Source: a phage. Taken from it: 64,000 bases of DNA. How positions within the stretch are numbered: position 1 is the first letter of the stretch; every line of letters begins with the position of its first letter. Under the pieces are notes generated by a model, which was given only the letters and a program-made list of their open reading frames with translations, was not told the DNA's origin and ran no database searches. The position numbers and the translations under genes are program-made. The stretch lies in the sequence record PX421306.1; one strand, given 5' to 3'. Positions 9,291 through 18,325 of this stretch are shown here, in pieces.

Positions 9291-10973
9291 TTAAACCATT
9301 ACAGTAAACCGACCAACTTTCTTCATTTGAAGATGCTGACCATATGCTTGTGGGTCATGGTCTCTATGCGAAATAACAAAAACGTTAGTATTTTTTAAAC
9401 TATCTAAAATAGTTGAAATAGCTTTTACACCTTCAACATCGGTCGCTGAATCAAAAACTTCATCAAGAATTAATGTGTTTATTTTAACACCTGAAACTTT
9501 TTCAGCAATATCACGCCAAGTAAATAAAAGAGCAATATCAATTCGTGCTTTTTCACCTTGACTAAATGAAGCATAACTAAAATCTTCACGACCACGGGAT
9601 TTAATTGTCTCATTAAATTCTTCATCTAATGTAAACACATAATCCGCTTCCATTATTTTAAGATAATGGTTAATCTGCTTATTAAATAATGGAATGTACT
9701 TTTTAATAATAGCACCTTTAATACCAGAATCTTTGAGCATATCAGTCAAAATTCCTCTGTGGTATTTTTCCATTACTAAATTAGTTTTTGTCTTAACAAT
9801 TTTATCAAGTTCTTCTTGAAGCAGTGCTATTTCATCAGCATGGTCAATAAACTCAGATGATGCTTTTTCTATAGCTGCTTTAACTTTTTTAGCTTTATCT
9901 ACAGTCGTGATTAGAGATTGCTTTTTATTGCGAATATCATTTGCCAACGTCTGCTGGGTTTTAATATTATCTCGGTATTCATCAACAAGAACTTTTAAAT
10001 TATCACGATGTGTTGAAAGCTGTTCAAATGAATGCGTGCATTCAGAAACTTTATCTTTAATTTTAGAAACAACTTTATCACCGGAACTTAATTGTGACAA
10101 ACAGGTTGGACATAATCCACCTTCGTGATACATATTAATAACTTTATTATACGAGTCAATTTTTGATTTAATTAAAAATGCTTCTTGACCGATTTTATTA
10201 AATGCATCAGTCGGGTCTTCATCCAAAACAATATTAACTAATCTTTCATTAGCTTCTTCTATTTCCGATTTTAACGTTCTAGCTTCTTTTGCTAAATCAT
10301 CATACATATTCTGCAGACGAGTAAGATTATCACTAGTTAATTTTTTCTGGCGTTCAACGTTATCATTATATATTTTAATTTGTTGGATAATACTATCTTT
10401 TTTAACATCAAGCACTTGGTTTTGTGAATTTAATTCACGTATTAGTGCTTTATTAAGCTTATCCATTTCAGCTAATGTTCCTACCTCAAGCAGGTCTTCC
10501 ACAAGCTTTCTTCGCGCAGGGGTCGACAAACCCATGAAAGGGGTATACCCTGCTGTACCAAGGACAACAATCTGCTTGAAACTGGCATATGACATTCCGA
10601 TAAGCTGTTCAAATTCTGCTTGGAAATCTTTACTGCTGGCAGATTCATTAAGACGTGTACCGTTAACGGTGATTTCGAAAACGTTTGGTTTTTGTCCTCT
10701 TTTGATATAGTACTTTTTCTCATCATATTCCATCCACAGTTCAACTAAAAGTTCTTTCTTATTTGTGCTGTTTATTAATTGACCTTTCTTTACATCACGA
10801 AATGGCTTGCCAAAAAGCCCAAATGTGATGGCTTCTAACATAGTAGACTTACCACCGCCATTTCGTCCAGTAATAAGAGTTTTTTGAACCTTATCTAGTT
10901 GAATGTCAATAGGATTTCCACCTACTGACATTATATTTTGATACCTAACTCGGTTTAGTTTAAAATTCTTCAC
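9291..10973 (-). CDS. 46: recombination nuclease subunit gp46 (Rad50/SbcC-like ATPase)
   Basis: 560 aa; Walker A GRNGGGKST, long coiled-coil, zinc hook CPTC, ABC signature and D-loop. Confidence 0.93.
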   Translation of the reverse strand: MKNFKLNRVRYQNIMSVGGNPIDIQLDKVQKTLITGRNGGGKSTMLEAITFGLFGKPFRDVKKGQLINSTNKKELLVELWMEYDEKKYYIKRGQKPNVFEITVNGTRLNESASSKDFQAEFEQLIGMSYASFKQIVVLGTAGYTPFMGLSTPARRKLVEDLLEVGTLAEMDKLNKALIRELNSQNQVLDVKKDSIIQQIKIYNDNVERQKKLTSDNLTRLQNMYDDLAKEARTLKSEIEEANERLVNIVLDEDPTDAFNKIGQEAFLIKSKIDSYNKVINMYHEGGLCPTCLSQLSSGDKVVSKIKDKVSECTHSFEQLSTHRDNLKVLVDEYRDNIKTQQTLANDIRNKKQSLITTVDKAKKVKAAIEKASSEFIDHADEIALLQEELDKIVKTKTNLVMEKYHRGILTDMLKDSGIKGAIIKKYIPLFNKQINHYLKIMEADYVFTLDEEFNETIKSRGREDFSYASFSQGEKARIDIALLFTWRDIAEKVSGVKINTLILDEVFDSATDVEGVKAISTILDSLKNTNVFVISHRDHDPQAYGQHLQMKKVGRFTVMV

Positions 10974-11185
10974 AAAAGATTCCTTTTAATGTATCTTTTA
11001 GACCATTCTATCATATCATCATAATCTAAAAAGTATTCATCAAATTCAGCCATGCAAACAACACCTTGTGCTGCTTTTGATGTGATATAAATTATTCCAA
11101 CATATCTAGAATCTTCTTCGGTGTAATCAATATTTGCTATGAATTCATCGTTAATGTCAAATGTCGAAAACTTCACAGTATGCAT
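10970..11185 (-). CDS. hypothetical protein (46.1-like)
   Basis: Small ORF between 46 and 47; start trimmed to an internal Met to relieve overlap. Confidence 0.45.
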   Translation of the reverse strand: MHTVKFSTFDINDEFIANIDYTEEDSRYVGIIYITSKAAQGVVCMAEFDEYFLDYDDMIEWSKRYIKRNLL

Positions 11186-11420
11186 CCTTAATACAAGATA
11201 CAGCCATATCTTGTAATGATTTAGGTGTGTCATTATCTAAAATGTTGAAGTTAAAAGATACAGCCCAGTCAGTGCAGACCGTAACCTTTTTAATACAATT
11301 ATCTTCAACCTCTAACGGTTCAAACCAATATTCAATAATTTCTTTATGACCAATATCATCTTTTACTTCGCATTCAAAATGCTGGCTCATCATAACATTT
11401 TTAAATTCATCAAAAGTCAT
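11157..11420 (-). CDS. hypothetical protein (46.2-like)
   Basis: 87-aa ORF, stop overlapping the next start. Confidence 0.5.
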   Translation of the reverse strand: MTFDEFKNVMMSQHFECEVKDDIGHKEIIEYWFEPLEVEDNCIKKVTVCTDWAVSFNFNILDNDTPKSLQDMAVSCIKDAYCEVFDI

Positions 11421-12436
11421 TGTGTTGCCTCTACATATAACTGATTTGCATATTGAATAAGTGCTTCGCGATCAGAATCAGTGATGTCTGGAATTGCATT
11501 AATGTATTCTTCCATCAGCGTCTGAAGAGATTGAACTTCAACTTCTTCACTATCATCTGACTCGACAGAGTTATCAATCTTTGACACAACTCGTAATGAA
11601 TGCACAACTTTTTCTAGTTCAGATTCGAACTTCGTTAGATTTTTGTCTACCTCAGTTACTATAACACGTACTGATAGATTTGTAAAATCTTTATAGTCAA
11701 TTTTTCCCTTAAATGGATATTGAATTCGACGATGCCAGGTAGTGTTGTTTGGAATAAATTCCATTCGTTCTGTTTCTGTATCAAACACCCAGAACCCACG
11801 AGGGTCATTCTCGTCACCTGCAGTTAGTGTCCATGGTGTCCCAATATATCTGACGTTAGCAGCCTCAGAGATAGTATGGAAGTGACCAGACCACACTTCT
11901 TTATAAGTCTTAAGGAAATCAGGTTCAAGACCGTGAGATTTCATTCCTTTATAAAAATAAAATCCATTCAGCTCCCAGTGACCGACACAAAAAGAAGCAG
12001 ATGAAGTTTTGATGTGTTCAAGAATTTCACCAGTATTTTCTTCGCACATCCAAGGAATTAAATCAATCAAACATCCGTCAAAATCTACTGTAGTAGGCTT
12101 ATCATATACTTTAACATTAGGATATTTAGCCAAAAGCTCAGTAGAAGCATTTGGAGTTAAAGTATTTTTAAAGTGCATATCATGGTTTCCTACAACAGTA
12201 TGCAGGGTAATACCAGCATCATCAAGCATTTGAACTATTTCACGAGCGAACTCCATAGTTTTATGCGTGATTGCTTTTCGCACATCAAAAATATCGCCGT
12301 ATTGAATCCATGTAGTAATTCCATTTTTCTTAGAATATTCTATCGCCTGCTTAATTCCATCCAACTGGATTGATTGAACCCACTCATCATCGGCTTTAAC
12401 ACCTAAATGCCAATCACCTAAATTTAAAATTTTCAT
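11417..12436 (-). CDS. 47: recombination nuclease subunit gp47 (Mre11/SbcD-like phosphoesterase)
   Basis: 339 aa; calcineurin-like motifs DWHLG, GDIFD, GNHD. Confidence 0.93.
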   Translation of the reverse strand: MKILNLGDWHLGVKADDEWVQSIQLDGIKQAIEYSKKNGITTWIQYGDIFDVRKAITHKTMEFAREIVQMLDDAGITLHTVVGNHDMHFKNTLTPNASTELLAKYPNVKVYDKPTTVDFDGCLIDLIPWMCEENTGEILEHIKTSSASFCVGHWELNGFYFYKGMKSHGLEPDFLKTYKEVWSGHFHTISEAANVRYIGTPWTLTAGDENDPRGFWVFDTETERMEFIPNNTTWHRRIQYPFKGKIDYKDFTNLSVRVIVTEVDKNLTKFESELEKVVHSLRVVSKIDNSVESDDSEEVEVQSLQTLMEEYINAIPDITDSDREALIQYANQLYVEATQ

Positions 12437-12573
12437 ATATCAAGAACCGTCATTGAAATGCAAAATAAAATTATTGAAATAAATCCATCTGGAGTGCTAA
12501 AGAACCCAATCCAACATGCTTTAGTGAACAAATAAAACGCTAGAAAAAGTATCACATATCCAAGAAATATCAT
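12433..12573 (-). CDS. small hydrophobic protein (46 aa), not in the ORF track
   Basis: ATG with GGAG RBS; MIFLGYVILFLAFYLF... single TM helix; stop overlaps the gene 47 start (ATGA). Confidence 0.4.
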   Translation of the reverse strand: MIFLGYVILFLAFYLFTKACWIGFFSTPDGFISIILFCISMTVLDI

Positions 12574-12612
12574 TATATCAAACTCCGTATAAAGCTAAAG
12601 GGCCGAAGCCCT

Positions 12613-13815
12613 TTATTTTGTAATAATGTCAAACTGTTCTTTAAAGCAGAAGCTTGAATCTTGATGCTGATACAAAAATTCATAAGCTTTTTCACGTTCA
12701 CGGTCATAAAGAGCTCGGTCAGATGACAGTTCTTTAATACGTTCAAATGTTGATTCCATGTCATTTTCATCAAACCAAACGATACCGCTATCATGAGAAA
12801 TTAACGGAGTATTATCAACACGGAATTTTAAATTTTCGCCAGTAGATTTCCAAAATACTGGAATTGTTCCACATGCACCAAGCTCGAGATGAGTGTATTC
12901 TAAAGAACGCTGTAGATATTTTTTATCTAATTTACTCAGCTGATAACCAAATCCGGATTTACTCATGCGTTCAAGCATTTCGCTATTTACATAACGGTCG
13001 AGAATTTGCGTTGGCAAATTAGGAGCAATTTTAATTTGGTCTACTTGATGAAGACGATAATACTCGTATGGAATTCCTTTTTCTTTAATAGGAATGAATG
13101 CTGGAGAACGTTCCAGACCTTCCATAACAGTACTTAGTCCTGCGGGTTTAAGATGTTTTTCGTGAAAATCAAACATCTGATAAAAACCTTTCCATGTAGT
13201 AGTACGACCAATCCAACGGTTGATATTCATGTTAATTTCAGAAACATCTTTCCAGTAAGTTGATCGAACCTTCGCAATATCCATAGGAGGCTGAAAGTTA
13301 TATACGGTCGGTGCTTCTTCAATATCATCAAACAGAGAAACAGTTTCCGGATACCATTCTTTCATTAAAACTTTATTAAAATCACCATTATCAGAATGGC
13401 TAAAAATAACATCAGCTTGACGAACAGTTTCTTCTAATCCCAAATTTCGGCGCAAAGAAAGAGAAGAATGGTCATGTTGATAAACTACAACACGAACCGA
13501 AGGTTTAATGTTATCAATAATTTTTTTATAGTTATTAATTGTGTCTTCTTCAACTGAAGTAGCAGGAACTGAATTGATAATTAGAATATCACAATCATTT
13601 ACCAGTTTAAGTGTTTTATCGTATTCTTTTGCCAATAAAACCGGAATTGAAAATGATTTATAATCATGCGCGCAATTACGGGTAAATGATTTATCTTTAG
13701 CATAAACCAAAGTTACTTCATGACCATTTTTAATAAACCAATCACGCTGCTCAAGAGAAAATTTAGTTACGCCACAACCTTCAAGACCTCGAGCCATAAA
13801 AATGCATACTTTCAT
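12613..13815 (-). CDS. agt: DNA alpha-glucosyltransferase
   Basis: 400 aa, near-identical to recalled T4 a-gt (MRICIFMARGLEGCGVTKFS...). Confidence 0.92.
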   Translation of the reverse strand: MKVCIFMARGLEGCGVTKFSLEQRDWFIKNGHEVTLVYAKDKSFTRNCAHDYKSFSIPVLLAKEYDKTLKLVNDCDILIINSVPATSVEEDTINNYKKIIDNIKPSVRVVVYQHDHSSLSLRRNLGLEETVRQADVIFSHSDNGDFNKVLMKEWYPETVSLFDDIEEAPTVYNFQPPMDIAKVRSTYWKDVSEINMNINRWIGRTTTWKGFYQMFDFHEKHLKPAGLSTVMEGLERSPAFIPIKEKGIPYEYYRLHQVDQIKIAPNLPTQILDRYVNSEMLERMSKSGFGYQLSKLDKKYLQRSLEYTHLELGACGTIPVFWKSTGENLKFRVDNTPLISHDSGIVWFDENDMESTFERIKELSSDRALYDREREKAYEFLYQHQDSSFCFKEQFDIITK

Positions 13816-14230
13816 TTAATATCCTCATTGTTTTGGTTTATTTTACCAAAAATTTGTAAAGCAATATAGGAGCCGAAGCTCCTATCCGCATAATACACCG
13901 TACAGAGGCTCATTAGAGCTTCTAAATTTTATACGCTTATATGTTATAGTTCCTTCTGCTTTAGCTTTATCATGAGACTCTTTAAAGCGCCTCATCATTT
14001 CTACTTTAGAGGAACGAATTTTATTATAATCTATTTCAGAAGTCTGGGTGTTCATCTTTCACAGTTGCCACCATTTTTTGACTTGATAGGAATCAACCCA
14101 CACTTTCATATTAGGGTCTGCTCTTACAATAGGAGGATTAACTTCTTTAATTGAACTATCATGGTATTCTTTTTCAGAAATTTTCACGCAAAGATGACCA
14201 TTCAAAGATTCAGTAAATCCTGCATTAATT

Positions 14231-14548
14231 TTAAGACGCTTGAATTTTACGTGTGTAAGCATCAATCATATCCTCAATCTGCGATCTAGTAGTCTTCCAA
14301 AGAATACTAATAAGTTCATCGTTATATGGCTGTTTTAGAATATCCCGACTTTTCTTGATAGCATATTCGTATTGAGCAAAATTATTGTTTTCAGCTGCAA
14401 TCTGAGCGTGCTTGTAAAGACGGTTCAGTTCGCGTTTGTTTTTAGACAATAACTTATTTGCTTTTCTTTCTGCTTCAAGACGGTTCTTTTCTTCAATAGA
14501 AGAAATAAGCTTTTCCACTTCATCATTAATTTCGGGTTTATCAGTCAT
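14231..14548 (-). CDS. hypothetical protein
   Basis: 105-aa ORF between gene 55 and a-gt; charged, helical. Confidence 0.5.
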   Translation of the reverse strand: MTDKPEINDEVEKLISSIEEKNRLEAERKANKLLSKNKRELNRLYKHAQIAAENNNFAQYEYAIKKSRDILKQPYNDELISILWKTTRSQIEDMIDAYTRKIQAS

Positions 14549-14549
14549 A

Positions 14550-14768
14550 TTATTTCTCTAATATAAAATAAAAATCATCATCTGTTAAATGATACCGATA
14601 GTTTAATTCTACACCATTAGATTTAAAAGCGGTATCATACGGATTTTCTGGATCAATATCAATGTCAAGAGCTAAAACTTCCCTGAGATACATTTTAAGT
14701 AAATAGGGAATAGCTTCAACTTCAGGTATTTCTTCCAAGAATCCGGAGAGGTTAATCGTTAGCCTCAT
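14550..14768 (-). CDS. hypothetical protein
   Basis: 72-aa ORF directly downstream of gene 55. Confidence 0.5.
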
Positions 14769-15309
14769 ATAAAAAATCCAAACTAGGAGAATCGTCTACA
14801 ACACTTTTCTTTTCAGCCCCCGGTGTTCTATAGGTTGATTCTTCGTAATGCGTCATTTTATCGTAGATGTCTTGAATAAAAGTTTCATCTACTAACGCAA
14901 CCATATCGTCGTCACGACTGTCATAGACATTGTGAACGAAGTAACTATATTTCTTTGCAACTTCCTTACGTTCTTTTTTAATACGTTGGACGAATGCATT
15001 AAAACAAGCTTGAGTTATATATGCATGTGGGTTTTTATATTTCGTTTCATCAAAATTATGAAGCCCCTTAATAGAAGCTTCTATACCATCTGCAATCATT
15101 TCTTGTTTCCAGGATTGGGTGTATCCTGAAAAGTTGAAACGTTTAGATAAGCCTTCTGCAATAAGCATAATGGCCAATCCGATAGTATCATTCTGACGAA
15201 CTACTTTATTTGGGTCTTTATTATTTGCTAATTCTGTTTTCCAATCAATAATAGCTTGTAAAAGCTCTTTATTGTTTACGTAATTATATTTAGGCTTAGT
15301 TTCTGACAT
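14752..15309 (-). CDS. 55: late-promoter sigma factor gp55
   Basis: Start trimmed to [17 protein letters not shown], matching the recalled T4 gp55 N-terminus (185 aa). Confidence 0.92.
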
Positions 15310-15387
15310 TTTCACCTCTTAGCTCAATTCATAGATCTATTATATCATAATATTTGAAGATCTATCTTAAAGCATAGAGGGTATCAG

Positions 15388-15657
15388 TTATCTAAGTAAG
15401 CAGTATGCTTGGAACACTTTCTCCATCATCTTTTTAAATTCGTGAATATCTATATAATGACTAGTTAAATCAGCATGATATAAAAAGTCTAAAAACTTTT
15501 CATGTGTGCTAGCATATTCACTTTCATTTAATTCAGAAACATGGCTTTCCCAATATCCAACACCAGTCTTATTTGGGAAAAATGAAATTTTCATATATTG
15601 GTCAACATAGAAAATGCCATAATTTTCAATAGTAATAGAAATATTAATAAATTTCAT
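15388..15657 (-). CDS. hypothetical protein (55.x region)
   Basis: 89-aa ORF in compact operon. Confidence 0.5.
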   Translation of the reverse strand: MKFINISITIENYGIFYVDQYMKISFFPNKTGVGYWESHVSELNESEYASTHEKFLDFLYHADLTSHYIDIHEFKKMMEKVFQAYCLLR

Positions 15658-15875
15658 ACATTCATCAACTTAGCCGCTTCAAGAGCTGCATCTAGTGAAT
15701 CAAATTGGTCAACGTATTCAATCAATTCGCCATAATTAGCGTATAACCACCATTGGCTAAATTCATACTCAAGGATGAATCCATTTCCTTCAATTTGAGT
15801 TAAACCAATGCCATTTGTATTTACTTCATATCCGGCAAGACGTAAATCGTTAATAAGAGCTTCGTTCATATTCAT
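15654..15875 (-). CDS. hypothetical protein (55.x region)
   Basis: 73-aa ORF, start/stop overlap with neighbours. Confidence 0.5.
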   Translation of the reverse strand: MNMNEALINDLRLAGYEVNTNGIGLTQIEGNGFILEYEFSQWWLYANYGELIEYVDQFDSLDAALEAAKLMNV

Positions 15876-16198
15876 ACCTTAGCAATTTTCAGGTCAGCAA
15901 ATTTTTTCTTGCGTTGATTTTTCATACGACGAATAGTTTTATCGGAAATTTCATGTTTTTGATAAGCTTTAGATTCTACGCCAAAAGCTTTAACATCAAA
16001 TTCTGACAAGATATATTGAACCAACAATTCACGAACAGTATTTCGTCCAATCTTCTGATCATTCTGTTTCATCGTCTGATGAAGCTCTTTTTCCCATTTA
16101 TCCAAAATTTGAGGATTTACAATATCGCCTTTTTCTAACAAAGAAACTACTTTATCATATGCATAAGAATTGATGGCGTTTTTAATTTGAATAGTCAT
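15872..16198 (-). CDS. hypothetical protein (55.x region)
   Basis: 108-aa ORF, basic C-terminus. Confidence 0.5.
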   Translation of the reverse strand: MTIQIKNAINSYAYDKVVSLLEKGDIVNPQILDKWEKELHQTMKQNDQKIGRNTVRELLVQYILSEFDVKAFGVESKAYQKHEISDKTIRRMKNQRKKKFADLKIAKV

Positions 16199-16250
16199 AC
16201 ATTATCCTCAATTGCGTTAAAATTTTATTATCCAAAAAGGGCCGAAGCCC

Positions 16251-16451
16251 TTAGCTAAACTGTTTGGCACCCTTCCAGCCTTCGTACATCATTGCAGCTG
16301 ATATTAATATTGCTCCTGCGCATTTTGAATATTTGTGATTCCAAAACCAGTTCAGAAAAACTTCGTCATCAATACCTTGGGCTATCATATTTTCAAAGAA
16401 CTGACGACGAGCTTCAGCAATTCGTTGTGATAATTTAGATTCAGGATTCAT
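16251..16451 (-). CDS. hypothetical protein
   Basis: 66-aa ORF preceded by a GGGC-UUCG-GCCC hairpin (16238-16252). Confidence 0.45.
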   Translation of the reverse strand: MNPESKLSQRIAEARRQFFENMIAQGIDDEVFLNWFWNHKYSKCAGAILISAAMMYEGWKGAKQFS

Positions 16452-16583
16452 TTAAATTTTCCAGTTACCGTTTTCATCAATGAATTTAATCCAGTCATTT
16501 ACTGACCACTTGGTCGTATCGCCTTTTGGAGCAATATTTAAAGTGTATAATCCTTGTTTAAAAAGCATGCGTTTGATATTCAT
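16452..16583 (-). CDS. hypothetical small protein
   Basis: Start trimmed to the ATG that follows TGAGGAAAAT (stop of upstream gene plus RBS). Confidence 0.4.
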   Translation of the reverse strand: MNIKRMLFKQGLYTLNIAPKGDTTKWSVNDWIKFIDENGNWKI

Positions 16584-16590
16584 ATTTTCC

Positions 16591-16884
16591 TCAGCTGTAA
16601 CGATAGCACTCGTTTGATTTACGCTTAGCAACTCGTTGAGAAGTATTGTAATCAAAATCATCGTCAATGTAAACTGATTTTTTCAACTTTCTTACTTCAC
16701 CACGTAATTGACGATTTAACTCATCTTTAACTTCTGAATCAATGCCTTTCATTCTACGCCATTTATCTGAGCGAAAAATGTTTTCAACCATATCTTTATG
16801 ACTTACACCATCAGGAGCTTTACGCTTTCCGAAATAGTCATAATCACGTACTTTTAAATCTTTACGACGATACGTTTTACCCAT
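16591..16884 (-). CDS. hypothetical basic protein
   Basis: Start trimmed to MGKTYRRKD; Lys/Arg-rich. Confidence 0.45.
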   Translation of the reverse strand: MGKTYRRKDLKVRDYDYFGKRKAPDGVSHKDMVENIFRSDKWRRMKGIDSEVKDELNRQLRGEVRKLKKSVYIDDDFDYNTSQRVAKRKSNECYRYS

Positions 16885-17059
16885 GGAGTTTAATTTCCTT
16901 AGCAACTGAACTAAATACAGCACGATCACAAATCATCTGTTTATGTAACTTGAGTATAAGATAATAAACTTCAAAACCGTTTACATAAGTAACACGAACA
17001 ACATTACCATTAATAAAATAATATTGTCCCTTTTTAATTTCTTTATCAACCACAATCAT
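16877..17059 (-). CDS. hypothetical protein
   Basis: 60-aa ORF directly downstream of an early promoter. Confidence 0.45.
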   Translation of the reverse strand: MIVVDKEIKKGQYYFINGNVVRVTYVNGFEVYYLILKLHKQMICDRAVFSSVAKEIKLHG

Positions 17060-17084
17060 ATCAAATCCTCAAAGGCAATTCATA

Positions 17085-17125
17085 TGTTAATAATACCACA
17101 GTTTGAACTTCTTGTAAACAACTTT
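17085..17125 (-). promoter_or_regulatory. T4-type early promoter
   Basis: Minus strand GTTTAC (17114-17119), 18 nt, TGgTATTAT. Confidence 0.55.
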
Positions 17126-17197
17126 GTGAAATTATTTTAGGGAATGATAAGAAGGGAACGATAGCTTAGAATGGTAATATACAGAATGTGTGAAAGA

Positions 17198-17213
17198 AAG
17201 GCCCAGAGGGCCC
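17198..17213 (-). terminator. intrinsic terminator after nrdH
   Basis: GGGCC-CUCU-GGGCC hairpin then U-rich tract on the minus transcript. Confidence 0.5.
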
Positions 17214-17216
17214 GTC

Positions 17217-17525
17217 TTAGTCTTCTATGATATCTCTATCATATCCAAGTGAAATGAGAGTTTCTTTGAAGTGTTTAATGTTCTTTTGTCTAGAATCATT
17301 GATGAAAATGACTGGATAACGAATGTTAAGAGATGTGAATCCAGCGCGTTTAGCAAGAGATACAATCAGTGGACGATCATACTCAATCTTACCATTATTT
17401 GTAAGAACTTTATAGAAAGTAAAAGGAGCATTGAGCTCCTTTAGAAGTTTTGTAACTGATTGACATCCAGGACAACGACCTACTTCATCTGGAATTCCAT
17501 AGACTTCAATCTTGTTTTGTTTCAC
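17217..17525 (-). CDS. nrdH: glutaredoxin-like protein NrdH
   Basis: 102 aa; CPGC redox motif; adjacent to nrdG/nrdD. Confidence 0.65.
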   Translation of the reverse strand: MKQNKIEVYGIPDEVGRCPGCQSVTKLLKELNAPFTFYKVLTNNGKIEYDRPLIVSLAKRAGFTSLNIRYPVIFINDSRQKNIKHFKETLISLGYDRDIIED

Positions 17526-17527
17526 AA

Positions 17528-17764
17528 CTATTCCTTACTAAGAGCAGCATTCAGCTTATTAGTAATTTTATCCAGACGCTCATTGAACTCACTAGAAGAT
17601 AGTCCTTTTTCTGGAGAAATCAAACTAATCACGAAAAATATAGCAATAAAAGGAATAAGGAAAATAGCTCCAACTGCCATAAACAAAAAGAATGTTACGG
17701 TTGTAAGAAAATCAGCTAAACCTTTACGAAATTTATACGTATTTACCCTTAATTGATTAACCAA
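17528..17764 (-). CDS. hypothetical membrane protein
   Basis: 78 aa, one long hydrophobic segment. Confidence 0.45.
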   Translation of the reverse strand: MVNQLRVNTYKFRKGLADFLTTVTFFLFMAVGAIFLIPFIAIFFVISLISPEKGLSSSEFNERLDKITNKLNAALSKE

Positions 17765-17854
17765 GCATTGATAAGCACTAAACTATATTGCGAATAAAAT
17801 TCTGGACCAAAATGAAAAATCATATCATTTATAGTGTCCATAATATAATTCAAT

Positions 17855-18325
17855 TTAATCATGTTTCCACACCCCATCGGTATTTGACCAAAGTCGCTGA
17901 TTATCTGAACCTCGCCACAGCTTTTTGGTCGGAAGATTTTTCTCATACTTCCCATCAATAATAACATCAACATATTTAAGCATTTCTAGTTGTTTAATAT
18001 CTTCAAACTTATATCCTGTCCACAACCAAATGCTTTTATTCGGATAAAGATTTTTTACTGTTTGAACAATGCAATGAACAACATCTCGGTTATCTGGATA
18101 GAGAGGGTCTCCTCCAGTTATAGTTAATCCTTCTATATAATCATTATTCAAACATTTAATTAATTGTTCTAGTGTTTCACCAGTGAATGGAACGCCATTT
18201 CTAGCATTCCATGTTGATTTATTATAACACCCTTCACATTTATGCAAACAACCTGTAACGAAAAGAACGACCCTGCATCCAGGGCCATTCACAAAATCAC
18301 AGGGATAAAATCTATCGTAATTCAT
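17855..18325 (-). CDS. nrdG: anaerobic ribonucleotide reductase activating protein NrdG (radical SAM)
   Basis: 156 aa; CxxxCxxC-type cluster GCLHKCEGCYN. Confidence 0.9.
   Translation of the reverse strand: MNYDRFYPCDFVNGPGCRVVLFVTGCLHKCEGCYNKSTWNARNGVPFTGETLEQLIKCLNNDYIEGLTITGGDPLYPDNRDVVHCIVQTVKNLYPNKSIWLWTGYKFEDIKQLEMLKYVDVIIDGKYEKNLPTKKLWRGSDNQRLWSNTDGVWKHD

Noticed and set aside
17749-17973. 74-aa ORF overlapping the 3' end of nrdG in another frame
   Set aside because: Most of it overlaps nrdG; only a 37-aa remnant downstream of the nrdG stop could be real, which is too weak to call
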